Below, piece after piece: positions 39,629-49,511 of a stretch of 64,000 nt of DNA. This stretch comes from an archaeon. GTDB lineage: Archaea > Nanobdellota > Nanobdellia > Woesearchaeales > GW2011-AR9. Position 1 is the stretch's first letter, and each line of letters begins with the position of its first letter. Under the pieces are notes generated by a model. The model was not told where the DNA came from, ran no database searches, and worked only from the letters and a program-made list of their open reading frames with translations. Location of the stretch: the NCBI GenBank assembly GCA_002688265.1, contig NZCK01000007.1, positions 33,685-97,684 of the forward strand. The letters run 5' to 3'. Both the position numbers and the translations under genes were made by a program.

Positions 39629-40798
39629 TCACTTTTCTAACACTTGACCAGGTAAAAGATTTTGCTTCACAGTTACACCATCAGCTACAACAGAACCCAA
39701 TTGATTCAACTTAGTATCAATCACTTGGCCTTTAATTTTCATCCTAATTGTTTTTTCTGGACTATTATAATTAGTTGTGATTTTGTCTTTAATATTCACC
39801 TTCTCACCAATAACCGAATGATGAATTCTACAATTTTTTCCGATTGTTGTATGATTACCAACCACAGAAGCTTCGATAATAGAATTGTTTTGGATTGTGC
39901 AATTATTGGCAATTGTAGTTGGACCAACAATAGTAGCATTTTCTTCTATTGTCACATTTTTCCCAATTGTAACTAAACCAGTAACCCTGGCACCTTTCTT
40001 AATTACAGAACCTGTATCCATACTAACTTCAGTCTCAACAATAGCGCCCGCATTAACAGATCCCTTATGAATTAATTCAGAATTGTGTTCTAATATTTTT
40101 TGCGTTGCAGTTAAGATATGCCAAGGATAACCAACAGGTTTCCAATACGCCCCCACTTTAGCATGATGCATCTTCTCAAGCCTTGCAAGTTTAGCTACAG
40201 CATCAGTTAACTCAATCTCACCACGCTTACTTGGTTTTAGTTTTTTTAATATTTCAAATAATTCCGCTTTGAAAGAATAAGCACCAACATTAACTAATTT
40301 TGACTCTGCTTCGCCTTCTGGTTTTTCTACAAAACCAGTTACCTTGCCTTCCTTGTTGACAGTTACAACACCAAAAGCAGAAACGTCTTCCAACTCTTGC
40401 AATAAAATGCAATTATTGTGGTCAGTAAGTTTTTGTAAATCTTTGTGAGAATACAAATCATCACCATTGATAACTAAGAATTGGTCATCTGTTTTTGCTG
40501 CTTTAAGGACATGCTCTTCAGTAACCATTACAGCATGTCCTGTTCCCTTACGTTCTTTTTGAGTTACATACTGGATAGGAATTTTATGGTAATAATCTTT
40601 GAAATATTCTTTTATGGTATCTTCTTTGTAACCAGTAACTAGAATTATTTTAGTAACTTTAGGAGTTAATTTACTTATCTCATGTAAGGTGTGTTCTAGA
40701 AGAGGACGGCCTGCGATATCAACCATAGCTTTTGGTTTGTTCTTAGTCATTGGCATTAGCCGAGTTCCAGAACCTGCTGCCATGATGATTACTTGCAT
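39629..40798 (-). CDS. Bifunctional sugar-1-phosphate nucleotidylyltransferase/acetyltransferase (archaeal GlmU-like)
   Basis: AAGSGTRL..T...PK, GTGHAV, NGDD, EKP, RGEIELTDA; C-terminal hexapeptide repeats. Confidence 0.88.
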   Translation of the reverse strand: MQVIIMAAGSGTRLMPMTKNKPKAMVDIAGRPLLEHTLHEISKLTPKVTKIILVTGYKEDTIKEYFKDYYHKIPIQYVTQKERKGTGHAVMVTEEHVLKAAKTDDQFLVINGDDLYSHKDLQKLTDHNNCILLQELEDVSAFGVVTVNKEGKVTGFVEKPEGEAESKLVNVGAYSFKAELFEILKKLKPSKRGEIELTDAVAKLARLEKMHHAKVGAYWKPVGYPWHILTATQKILEHNSELIHKGSVNAGAIVETEVSMDTGSVIKKGARVTGLVTIGKNVTIEENATIVGPTTIANNCTIQNNSIIEASVVGNHTTIGKNCRIHHSVIGEKVNIKDKITTNYNSPEKTIRMKIKGQVIDTKLNQLGSVVADGVTVKQNLLPGQVLEK

Positions 40799-40939
40799 TG
40801 TGTTTCCTCAAAACCAAATGGTTACGCGCATTTGATACGCAATGTGTGGCGTTACGCTTCACTTCAGCCCCACTATTTTTCTATGTTCCAGTAAATGGAC
40901 ATACACCAAAATAATTCTTCTTAGTATTTTTTTAACATA

Positions 40940-41614
40940 TTATTTTATCTTATCAATAATATCAAAAACTTCCTTTAAAGACTTTATGGAAAAAGAAGGC
41001 TCAGTTTGAGGAGTATATTGTATATGTTTTCCACGACCATGTCGCATATGAATTGTCTTGATACCTAAATTTTTTGCAGGAATTAAATCTCTTTGAATAC
41101 TATCTCCAATTACAACTGCATTGTCTGGGGTAAGTGAAAATTTAGTTAGAACTTTTTGATAATAAAGCTCCTTATCTCTCTTGGGAGTAATATGAATCTC
41201 TGAAAACAAAGACTGATCTAACTTAGCTTTTTGCATTTTTTTTATCTGCTGCACAAAATCACCATGTGAAACCAAAACTATCTTGTGATCATGCTGTATT
41301 AATTGCTCTATTGTGGGAATTGCATCTGGCATTAATGGAATTTCAATATTATCAACTTTAATATTACCATAATACTCATTGATTCCAAAACTTTGGAATT
41401 GGGGTTGACCATAACTCTTACAAAAAGTTTGAATAGTATTTTTACCGCTGGTGCAGGTCTGATCTAAACTAAGAAGTTGTTCGTAGGCCAAATCAACTGA
41501 AGAAATTTGCATTCCTTCTTTAATCATTGTTGCTAGTGCATCTTTTAATTTGATGGGACCTAAACTTGCTGATCTATCAATCAAAGTATCATCCAAATCA
41601 AAAATAACTAACAT
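40940..41614 (-). CDS. HAD-superfamily hydrolase
   Basis: FDLDDTL; IGDS..RDL.PAK.LG. Confidence 0.9.
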   Translation of the reverse strand: MLVIFDLDDTLIDRSASLGPIKLKDALATMIKEGMQISSVDLAYEQLLSLDQTCTSGKNTIQTFCKSYGQPQFQSFGINEYYGNIKVDNIEIPLMPDAIPTIEQLIQHDHKIVLVSHGDFVQQIKKMQKAKLDQSLFSEIHITPKRDKELYYQKVLTKFSLTPDNAVVIGDSIQRDLIPAKNLGIKTIHMRHGRGKHIQYTPQTEPSFSIKSLKEVFDIIDKIK

Positions 41615-42586
41615 CTATTCCACTCCATCAAGAACTTTTATCAATTCTTCTGCAATCTTTTTGTGATCATGACGAATCAGATTACGCTTTAATAAATCGC
41701 CATTTTGAACTTCTTTCAACTTTTCACTCAAAAGATCTGTTGCAATTACATGACTATCTTTTATCAAATCGTTTTCAACTAAACTTGATTCTTTGGCATA
41801 CGCTTCAACTAAGGTATTTGCAGGGAGACCATTATTTATTAAAATATGATCAAACAAATCAGATGGCATGAACTTTGAAAGTTCTCTTAGATAACTGGAA
41901 GCCTTGAAACTATCAGTTTGGCCTTTGCGATTCATTAAATTCATAACAAAAACTTTCTCTGCCATGGTTTCTTTTAATGCACCAACAATTCCTGGGACCA
42001 ATAGTAAAGGTATAAGTGAAGAATATAATCCTCCAGGCCCAAAAACAATTAAATCAGCAGCCATAATTTCTGAAATTGCTTGGTTATGTGGGCTAGGAGT
42101 TGGTTCTAAAAAAATTCGTTTGTAACCTTGACTGATTTTTTCTGAGCCATATATTTGACCTTCGCCATTAAGCATGGACCCATCACTAAGTTCCATTCTA
42201 AGTCTTACATCAGTAGTTGTAACTGGAATCACCTTACCATTGATTTTGAGAACTTTGCCAACTTCTTCAACTGCTTTTTCAAAAGAACCTGTCACTTTTT
42301 CCATTGCGCAGAGTAATAAATTTCCAAAACTGTGACCCTTAAGACAACCTTCTTCAAAACGATAACTCATTAAAGAGCGCATTAACCTACTTGAATCTGA
42401 TAATGCAACTAAACATTGCCTCACATCACCTGGTGGCAAAACACCTAATTCATCCCTTAAAACTCCAGTGCTACCCCCATCATCAGCCATAGAAACTATC
42501 GCAGAAAGTTCAACTTCGTGACGTTTTAGACCCCTTAGAACAGTAAAACTACCTGTTCCTCCACCTAAAACCACTATCTTTTTCAT
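41615..42586 (-). CDS. yvcK: YvcK/GlmR (UPF0052) family protein
   Basis: GGGTG, DDGGSTG.LR, PPGDVR, GHSFGNL, GPG.LYSS, RHD motifs. Confidence 0.9.
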   Translation of the reverse strand: MKKIVVLGGGTGSFTVLRGLKRHEVELSAIVSMADDGGSTGVLRDELGVLPPGDVRQCLVALSDSSRLMRSLMSYRFEEGCLKGHSFGNLLLCAMEKVTGSFEKAVEEVGKVLKINGKVIPVTTTDVRLRMELSDGSMLNGEGQIYGSEKISQGYKRIFLEPTPSPHNQAISEIMAADLIVFGPGGLYSSLIPLLLVPGIVGALKETMAEKVFVMNLMNRKGQTDSFKASSYLRELSKFMPSDLFDHILINNGLPANTLVEAYAKESSLVENDLIKDSHVIATDLLSEKLKEVQNGDLLKRNLIRHDHKKIAEELIKVLDGVE

Positions 42587-42841
42587 TGATTGGTTTTTAG
42601 AAAAATTGTATTTAAGGTTTATGAAAAGCTATGCTTTTCATGCACTGACGTTGTTTGTGAAAAGCTGGGTTTTTTATATACTATTTTGTTCGTTAGGATG
42701 ATTTTTAATAATATAGAAAGGGAATCTAACAAAGCAAGGTTATGAAATTAAGGCAGATTTCAGTAACCTATGAAAATAATTCTATTTTCAAGCTTTAGGA
42801 CATACAAAAGCTTTATAAATAAGCCATTATCCAGCATTGCT

Positions 42842-43288
42842 ATGAGTCATATCTTAGTAGTCAACGGAAATGAACTGGTTAACAGAGCTGCAGCTCAACT
42901 AAAAGAACATAAATTAGTCTCTGCGCCAGAATGGTCAGTCTTCGTAAAAACCGGAGCACACAAAGAACGTCTTCCTGAAGACGCTGATTGGTGGTACATG
43001 CGTTCAGCAGCAATCCTTCGAAAAGTAGCACAACTAGGGCCTGTTGGAACCAGCAAACTCCGTGTTAAATTTGGTGGTAGAAAAAACCGAGGACACAAAC
43101 CAGGTAGATTTGTAGCTGGCTCAGGATCAATTATTAGAAAATCACTACAACAATTAGAATCAAGCGGTTTAATTGCCCAAACAGCAAAAGGAGTACATAA
43201 AGGAAGAGTATTAACCCCAAAAGGTGTGTCTTTCTTAGACAAAATCGCAATGCAAATGCTCAAAGAGTCAAGAACAGAAAAGAAGTGA
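42842..43288 (+). CDS. rps19e: 30S ribosomal protein eS19
   Basis: PEW..FVKTG.HKER.P...DWWY.R.A.ILR; GSGSIIRK.LQQLE. Confidence 0.96.
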   Translation: MSHILVVNGNELVNRAAAQLKEHKLVSAPEWSVFVKTGAHKERLPEDADWWYMRSAAILRKVAQLGPVGTSKLRVKFGGRKNRGHKPGRFVAGSGSIIRKSLQQLESSGLIAQTAKGVHKGRVLTPKGVSFLDKIAMQMLKESRTEKK

Positions 43289-43295
43289 ATGAACA

Positions 43296-43469
43296 ATGGC
43301 ACGATACATACACCCAAGTCGAAAAAAACGACTGATAAAACATGGTAAGCAAACTAAATGGGCCCCATTCTGGACCGTTCTAAAAGCATTTGGGAAAGGA
43401 AAAAGAATACACCCTTCAAGATTAACAGCAGTTAAAAGAAGCTGGAAAAACTCTAGTACCAAAGCATAA
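43296..43469 (+). CDS. rpl39e: 50S ribosomal protein eL39 (absent from the ORF track)
   Basis: MARYIHPSRKKRLIKHGKQTKWAPFW...KRSWK; located between eS19 and eL31. Confidence 0.85.
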   Translation: MARYIHPSRKKRLIKHGKQTKWAPFWTVLKAFGKGKRIHPSRLTAVKRSWKNSSTKA

Positions 43470-43490
43470 TTTTAGATTAATAATAAAAAA

Positions 43491-43889
43491 ATGGCAGATG
43501 CAAAAAAAATGGAGAGGAGTTACACAATTCCTTTGCGTAGAGAATTTTTGAAAGTTCCTCGTTACAAACGAGCTAAAAAAGCAACTGCTGCTATAAAACA
43601 ATTCTTAACTAAGCACATGAAAAGTGATAAAATTAAAGTTGGAACTTCTATTAATGAAAAAGTCTGGGAAAACGGTATGCGAAATCCGCCTTCCAAAGTT
43701 CGTGTCCAAGTAGTTAAGGACGAAGAAGGAACTGTTACTGCGGAATTATTTGGTGCTAAGAAAACTGAAGTTAAAAAAGTTAACAAGAAAGCTCCTGTTA
43801 AAAAGAAAGAAGCACAAAAACCTGCACCTGCAAAAGAGAAGAAAACTGAAGATAAACCAGTTGAAGCCGCTCCTGCCAAATCAGAATAA
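43491..43889 (+). CDS. rpl31e: 50S ribosomal protein eL31
   Basis: [22 protein letters not shown]...PP.KVRV. Confidence 0.96.
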   Translation: MADAKKMERSYTIPLRREFLKVPRYKRAKKATAAIKQFLTKHMKSDKIKVGTSINEKVWENGMRNPPSKVRVQVVKDEEGTVTAELFGAKKTEVKKVNKKAPVKKKEAQKPAPAKEKKTEDKPVEAAPAKSE

Positions 43890-43948
43890 TTCTAATTGAA
43901 ATTTTATTGCCAATACTTTTATTAAGAAACTACTATGTTGAATGTTCC

Positions 43949-44896
43949 ATGCCAGATACTATTGTAATCGAAGAATCTACTGGAGAAATTGGTTGCGCTC
44001 CCACTGAGAGAAGCGTTAAGACTCTTTTAAATTACGGAATTGTCAACATCGATAAAGTCAAAGGGCCAAGCTCACACCAAGTTTCAGATTACGTTCAAAA
44101 AATTCTTGGTCTTAAAAAAGCAGGACACTCAGGAACACTGGATCCAGCTGTTACTGGAGTTCAACCGGTTGCTATTGGCAGAGCTACAAAAATCACTCAG
44201 TTTTTATTAACAGCTCCAAAAGAATACATTTGCGTGATGCACGTTCATAAAGATTTGGATCCTGAGAAAATAACTTCTGTTATGAACACTTTTAAAGGTA
44301 AAATTCAACAAATGCCGCCAGTTAAAAGTGCAGTTAAAAGACAATTGCGAACACGAGAAATTTATGAGCTTGAAATATTAGAGATCGATAAAAGAGATGT
44401 GTTGTTTAGAGTAAAGTGTGAAGCCGGTACTTACATTCGTGCTTTATGTAATGATATTGGAAAGAAAATTGGTGGAGCACATATGGCTTGTTTGCGTAGG
44501 TCGGCTGCTGGAGCGTTTGATGAAACAGATAACTTAGTTACACTTGATGATTTGCGTGATGCACTTTGGTATTGGAAGGAGAAAAGTAATGACAAATACT
44601 TGCGTTATTGTATTCAACCTGTTGAGAATGCACTTAAATATATGAAAAAAATCTGGGTCTTTGATTCAGCTTTACTAAGTTTAAGTCATGGACGAGATTT
44701 GGGAGCTCCAGGGATTTCTAAATTAGAGAATTTCAAAAGTGGAGAAACTGTAGCCATCATGACTCTGAAAGGAGAAGTTGTGGCTTGCGGAGTTGCTGAA
44801 ATGTCAGCTGTTCAGATAAGTACGATGCGCAAAGGGATGGCAGTTAAAACTTCAAAAGTGTTTTTTGAAATGCCTTCTGAAGGCAAAGAATTATAA
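43949..44896 (+). CDS. cbf5: H/ACA pseudouridine synthase Cbf5
   Basis: DK..GPSSHQV, GHSGTLDP, QMPPVKSAVKRQLR, GTYIR; PUA domain. Confidence 0.95.
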   Translation: MPDTIVIEESTGEIGCAPTERSVKTLLNYGIVNIDKVKGPSSHQVSDYVQKILGLKKAGHSGTLDPAVTGVQPVAIGRATKITQFLLTAPKEYICVMHVHKDLDPEKITSVMNTFKGKIQQMPPVKSAVKRQLRTREIYELEILEIDKRDVLFRVKCEAGTYIRALCNDIGKKIGGAHMACLRRSAAGAFDETDNLVTLDDLRDALWYWKEKSNDKYLRYCIQPVENALKYMKKIWVFDSALLSLSHGRDLGAPGISKLENFKSGETVAIMTLKGEVVACGVAEMSAVQISTMRKGMAVKTSKVFFEMPSEGKEL

Positions 44897-44949
44897 GCTT
44901 CTATTTTATTATTTTATTTGAGATTTATATATTTAGAGGATTATAGTAG

Positions 44950-46719
44950 ATGGCGTTATCATTACCATTTGATATTTCATTCGGACTTCTTTCTAGTTCT
45001 GCTAGTAATTTTCTTTCAATTGCACTAGGGGTTCTAATAATTTTTGCATTTCTTTGGATCTGGGCACATGTTGGATCTAAAGGAGAACATAAACGGGAAA
45101 AGAAAGCAGCAAAAGAAGCAGGAGGTAGTTTTCCAAGACTCGCTGCTGCTGAAGAGGCAGCTGAAGATGAACAAAAAAAAGATGCAGCAGCCGAAGAAGC
45201 TGCAATGCAAGCAGTTGAAGAAGAAACTCATGACCAGACAAAAGAAGATGAAGATTCTGCTGACAAGAAAGTTGACAAACAAGTTGAAGAGTCTGTTAAA
45301 GCTGCAGCTGCTGACGAAGAAGATCAAGAAAAATTAGTTGAAGATGCTGAAGAAATCGAAAGAGAAGTTACCGCAATTGTAGCTGACACACAAGTTATTA
45401 GAGAAGGAGTTCACAAAGAAATCCAAGAAGAATTAACCTTAACTCAGTTAGAAGAGAAAGAAGTTGCTCAACTTGAAGCACTCGAAGGAAGAATTAAACA
45501 ACTTGAAAGTTTCGGAGAAATAAACAAAGAAACTGCCATTTACCTTGATAAATACTATGAAGACCTTATTGCACACACTCAAAAAGAAGTTACTTTTGAA
45601 AAAGAAAGAGAACAAGTAAGAACCAGAATGGTTAGAGGGTGTCGCCACGCAATTGAAGAGATGATAAAAATTAGCAATTATGCTAAAAGAAAAGTTAGAG
45701 ATTTAGTAAAAATCCAAAAAAGAGAAAAACGACATTTTAGAAAAGAAGTTAGAGCACTTGGTCGAGCAATTGTTAGAAAAACAGCAAGGTTAACAGTTGA
45801 AATGGCTAAAGGAAGAAAAGCAGACCCCGCACTGGTTGCCCAATTACAAAAAGAAATAGTAATGCTGTACGCAAATAGAAAATCATTGAAAACTGTTAAT
45901 AAAAAATTGAAAGAAACGCATGGGCTTTTAGATTTTGAAGTTAAAAAACTCAAAAAGATGATGAAGATAGTTATCAAAACTGTGAGAAAAGAAAAGAAAA
46001 AAGAAAGAGCTCTACAAAAAAGAGAAGAAAAAATTCCAAAAACAGTTCATAAACTTGAAGAAAACCAAGGCAAACTATATGAATCTACTGAGAAGTTAAA
46101 GGAAACATCAAGACTGCACGCTGCTGTTCTGCAAATATCAATTAAACTAAAAGATTATTTCTCACACTATGAAGGATTGCTAAAAGAAGATGTGAATTTT
46201 ATCAGCTTAATGGAAGTATTACTAAACTCAACTTTGGATGTGGAGAAAAAAATCGAATCTTTAACACCACTTGTTGGAAGTGTCTTAGAATCAACAGAAG
46301 CTTTAGAAAACGGCACAGCTGCTTTGATTGGGATATTAGCAAATATGCTGAACGCTAATATTTCAGGACAGTTGCAATCCCAATCAACTAGTATTGAAAG
46401 AGAAGTTGTGATTATAGAAAAACAAAAACAGATTAATGATACAATCGCTGCCATTGAAAAAGAAATTGAGAAAGGAATTTTAGAAAACGAAGCATTGATG
46501 AGACAGTTAGAAGAATTCTTGAATAAATTAATTGCAGAGAATCAAGCATTGTTTAAAGATGAGTCTGAACACTTAGCTGAGAGTATGGCTACAGCATTAT
46601 CCAAGAAGGAAGCGTTGTCAAAAGGTTATCAACAAACTACAAATAATTTTGCAGAAAAATTGAATGAAAGAAATGCTGCAGCCGGAGAAGCTTTTGAGAG
46701 AGCAATGAAAGCAGCTTAG
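44950..46719 (+). CDS. Membrane-anchored long coiled-coil protein
   Basis: Single N-terminal TM segment, then about 550 aa of charged heptads. Confidence 0.8.
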   Translation: MALSLPFDISFGLLSSSASNFLSIALGVLIIFAFLWIWAHVGSKGEHKREKKAAKEAGGSFPRLAAAEEAAEDEQKKDAAAEEAAMQAVEEETHDQTKEDEDSADKKVDKQVEESVKAAAADEEDQEKLVEDAEEIEREVTAIVADTQVIREGVHKEIQEELTLTQLEEKEVAQLEALEGRIKQLESFGEINKETAIYLDKYYEDLIAHTQKEVTFEKEREQVRTRMVRGCRHAIEEMIKISNYAKRKVRDLVKIQKREKRHFRKEVRALGRAIVRKTARLTVEMAKGRKADPALVAQLQKEIVMLYANRKSLKTVNKKLKETHGLLDFEVKKLKKMMKIVIKTVRKEKKKERALQKREEKIPKTVHKLEENQGKLYESTEKLKETSRLHAAVLQISIKLKDYFSHYEGLLKEDVNFISLMEVLLNSTLDVEKKIESLTPLVGSVLESTEALENGTAALIGILANMLNANISGQLQSQSTSIEREVVIIEKQKQINDTIAAIEKEIEKGILENEALMRQLEEFLNKLIAENQALFKDESEHLAESMATALSKKEALSKGYQQTTNNFAEKLNERNAAAGEAFERAMKAA

Positions 46720-46734
46720 AAAATTCTTTTGTTT

Positions 46735-46862
46735 AAGTTGTTGGCGCGCAGGTCCATTTGCCGAGATATACAAAATCACTGCGCAGTTGCCTTTCTGGCA
46801 CCAAGAATCTTCGATTGTTGAGTGTTTGGGGTGGCCCGGTCTGACCAGCGCCAAAACAACTT
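46735..46862. repeat. Long-hairpin palindromic element, family B copy 1
   Basis: TTGGCGC/GCGCCAA core IR extended by AAGTTG/CAACTT. The reverse complement aligns with 62607-62737. Confidence 0.75.
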
Positions 46863-46883
46863 GATTTTTAATCTTAATAAAAA

Positions 46884-47480
46884 CTATTTCAACTCAATAA
46901 CCATACCATCCCAACAAGGGTTAATGACTTTAGTGTCTTTGATTTTATCAATTGCACCAATAGTCTCATGAATATGACCAGAAATAGCAAGCTTTGGTTT
47001 AATCCTCTCAATAAACTTACGATAATCCATATTACCAACATGACCCATTGACAACAAATCTAATTTGGTTTTGTAAACTGGACCATGAGTTACAAGTACA
47101 ACTTTCTTCTTCTTGTACTTGCCATACCAAATTCTTGCAACCTTCCTAAACTCTGGATCTTGCTGAGAAAAACCATCGCCACCATACCCAAGCAAGACAT
47201 AATCGCCTACCTCTACCTCAGTCTTGTGTAAGTTGATCAGATTGTCATAACGTTGAATCGTGACAGTATATTCTTCTCCCTCTTCATGATTGCCTGGAAT
47301 AATGTAAACAGGTTTATCCCAAGAATCAAATTTCTTGAACATCTGAGTTAAAGAACGATTAAAATTTGTGAAATCTCCAGCAATAATTACAAACTCAATG
47401 TCCTTGTCTTTCGCTCGCTTATCTAACTTGGCAAGATGTTTTTTATCCTCATGGATATCCGAAAATACTAGGAATTTCAT
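46884..47480 (-). CDS. Calcineurin-like metallophosphoesterase
   Basis: SDIH, AGD, GNHE, THGP, SGHIHE motifs. Confidence 0.9.
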   Translation of the reverse strand: MKFLVFSDIHEDKKHLAKLDKRAKDKDIEFVIIAGDFTNFNRSLTQMFKKFDSWDKPVYIIPGNHEEGEEYTVTIQRYDNLINLHKTEVEVGDYVLLGYGGDGFSQQDPEFRKVARIWYGKYKKKKVVLVTHGPVYKTKLDLLSMGHVGNMDYRKFIERIKPKLAISGHIHETIGAIDKIKDTKVINPCWDGMVIELK

Positions 47481-47579
47481 TGTTACCCTTTTTTGATTGT
47501 TTATTTTTAAAGATATATAGGCCAAGGTAAATAATTAGTAAAAAATTAAAGAAAATAAAAAGAAAAAAGAAGTTTGTAC

Positions 47580-48320
47580 TTATTCTTGGTCTGCCTTAGA
47601 CTCATCTATTTCTTCAGATTCTTCTACTGTTTCTTCTTTAACAGTGGCATCTACTTCATCAGTGAATTCTTCAATTTTTCTTCTTTCTTTAACATCACTA
47701 ATTTGACCAGCAGATTTCTTCTCTAATCGCACAGCTTTCTTCTCATCAATTAATTCCATGCCACGAATTAAAACTTCTTTCACAGGAAACATTTTGTTAA
47801 TACTTCTCTTTGCTGCACTTTGAACTTTAATTCCAACAATCTTTCCTACAAATTCATCAAAAGAACTTTTCTTTAATTCTTCAGCAACCATTGCTTTTAG
47901 TTTACTTCTTAGAACTAAACCCATTGATCTGTTGATCCTATTGTAAGTTACAATCAAAGTTTTTAATTGCACAGCCTCATTATCTTTACTTCTTAGAATA
48001 TAAACATCATCTAAACGGCTGGTTCTCTTTCTAACTAACTTTTTTACAAAACCAGGCACAACACCATATCCGACAGTTTTTGTTTTTAACTGCTGGCCAT
48101 CAAGCTCGGATAAAAGTAATTTAACCTTTACATTCTGATCACGCATAGATCCTGTTAATTCTTTCAAAGAAACAGTCATGTTTCTTCCAATTAGACCTTC
48201 TGCTTTAGTAGTATAAGATTCTCCTATTTCTCTGCCACCAAAACTTTTTGGTGCTGTGATCTTTACCCAAGTTTTCTTCTTTGCTTTTACTTTTGTTTTT
48301 TTAACGTCTTTTTTTGCCAT
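47580..48320 (-). CDS. rps3ae: 30S ribosomal protein eS1 (S3Ae)
   Basis: W..I.APKSFG..EIG, LIGR, KLVRKRTSRLD, FPVK.V.IR. Confidence 0.9.
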   Translation of the reverse strand: MAKKDVKKTKVKAKKKTWVKITAPKSFGGREIGESYTTKAEGLIGRNMTVSLKELTGSMRDQNVKVKLLLSELDGQQLKTKTVGYGVVPGFVKKLVRKRTSRLDDVYILRSKDNEAVQLKTLIVTYNRINRSMGLVLRSKLKAMVAEELKKSSFDEFVGKIVGIKVQSAAKRSINKMFPVKEVLIRGMELIDEKKAVRLEKKSAGQISDVKERRKIEEFTDEVDATVKEETVEESEEIDESKADQE

Positions 48321-48739
48321 ATTGATGTAAGAGATATATCTCTACTTCCTCCGTGCTTTATGACCAAAGAAAAGTAAGTCTTTTTGTCTTTTCTTCAGAG
48401 CTCTTAAAGAGCATTTAGTGTAATTGACTTGTTTTTTTTGTTCTTGGTTTATAAATTTATTGGGGAGTTGTTGTGGAATTCTATTTTTATGTTTAATTTT
48501 TTGTTTTGATATGTAGACTTTAGATGAAGAAAGTTTATAATGTGAGTATTTTGGAGTGGTGTTCTAAAGACAACAAAAGAAAACAGTTGGCCTGAAATAA
48601 GAAATAAAGATTAAAATTTGCTTTAAAACCAATTAAACAAAATTAATTTGTTTGAGGAATCTGTAAAAAAGACATAATTTTGCTTTGTTCAGGATTAGAA
48701 AGATATTTAAATTAGTAAATGTTTACTTTTGGTAATAAA

Positions 48740-49510
48740 ATGGTTAAAACAATAGGAATTCTGGGAGGGATGGGTCCCGAAGCGACAAATCAGCTAAGTT
48801 TTTTGATTACTTCACTTACTCCAGCTTCAAAAGACCAAGATCACATCCCAGTCATTACATGGAATAATTCCAAAATCCCCCACAGAATTGATGCAATTTT
48901 TAAAAACACAAAAAGCCCAGTGCCAGAAATGGTAAGGATGGCGCAAGGACTAGAATTTTTGGGTTGCGATTATTTAGTTATGCCATGTAACACCGCCCAC
49001 CTCTATCTCAAAGACATACAGCCCAACATAAGAATCCCTTTCATAAACTTCATGGAAGAAGTTACAAGATACATTAAAGAACAATTTCCAAAAGTGCGAA
49101 GAATTGGACTTCTAGGCACCAACATGACTGCAAAGATGAAACTTTACGAAACACCTTTGCTCCGCGAAGATTTTGTAGTCTTAATGCCTTCTGAAGAAAA
49201 AATAGAGGATGTAACTAAAGCAATTTATGAAATAAAGAGCGGACGTAAAGATAGAGCTAGGATATTATTTAAACAGGCAGCAAAAGAACTTATTGACAAT
49301 GGAGCAGAAGTTGTTATTTCAGGATGCACAGAGATCCCACTTGTTCTAAATCAAGAAAATGTAAATTTCCCTTTGATTGACCCCTCTCTTGTTGTGGCAA
49401 AGAGAGTTGTGGAGTTATCCCTTGGAGAACAAGCAAACACAGAATTATTAAGTGTAGCTACACAAGAAGTTATATCTGTTCAAAGTTCTGCGAATTTCTC
49501 GGTGAAGTAA
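48740..49510 (+). CDS. Aspartate/glutamate racemase
   Basis: GILGGMGPEAT; PCNTAH and GCTE supply the two catalytic Cys. Confidence 0.93.
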   Translation: MVKTIGILGGMGPEATNQLSFLITSLTPASKDQDHIPVITWNNSKIPHRIDAIFKNTKSPVPEMVRMAQGLEFLGCDYLVMPCNTAHLYLKDIQPNIRIPFINFMEEVTRYIKEQFPKVRRIGLLGTNMTAKMKLYETPLLREDFVVLMPSEEKIEDVTKAIYEIKSGRKDRARILFKQAAKELIDNGAEVVISGCTEIPLVLNQENVNFPLIDPSLVVAKRVVELSLGEQANTELLSVATQEVISVQSSANFSVK

Positions 49511-49511
49511 A

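Noticed and set aside
46735-46862. Hairpin elements as SRP RNA, RNase P RNA, 5S rRNA or integron attC sites
   Set aside because: They lack the SRP helix 8, RNase P P4 and 5S signature sequences and the RYYYAAC/GTTRRRY boxes. No integrase is present.
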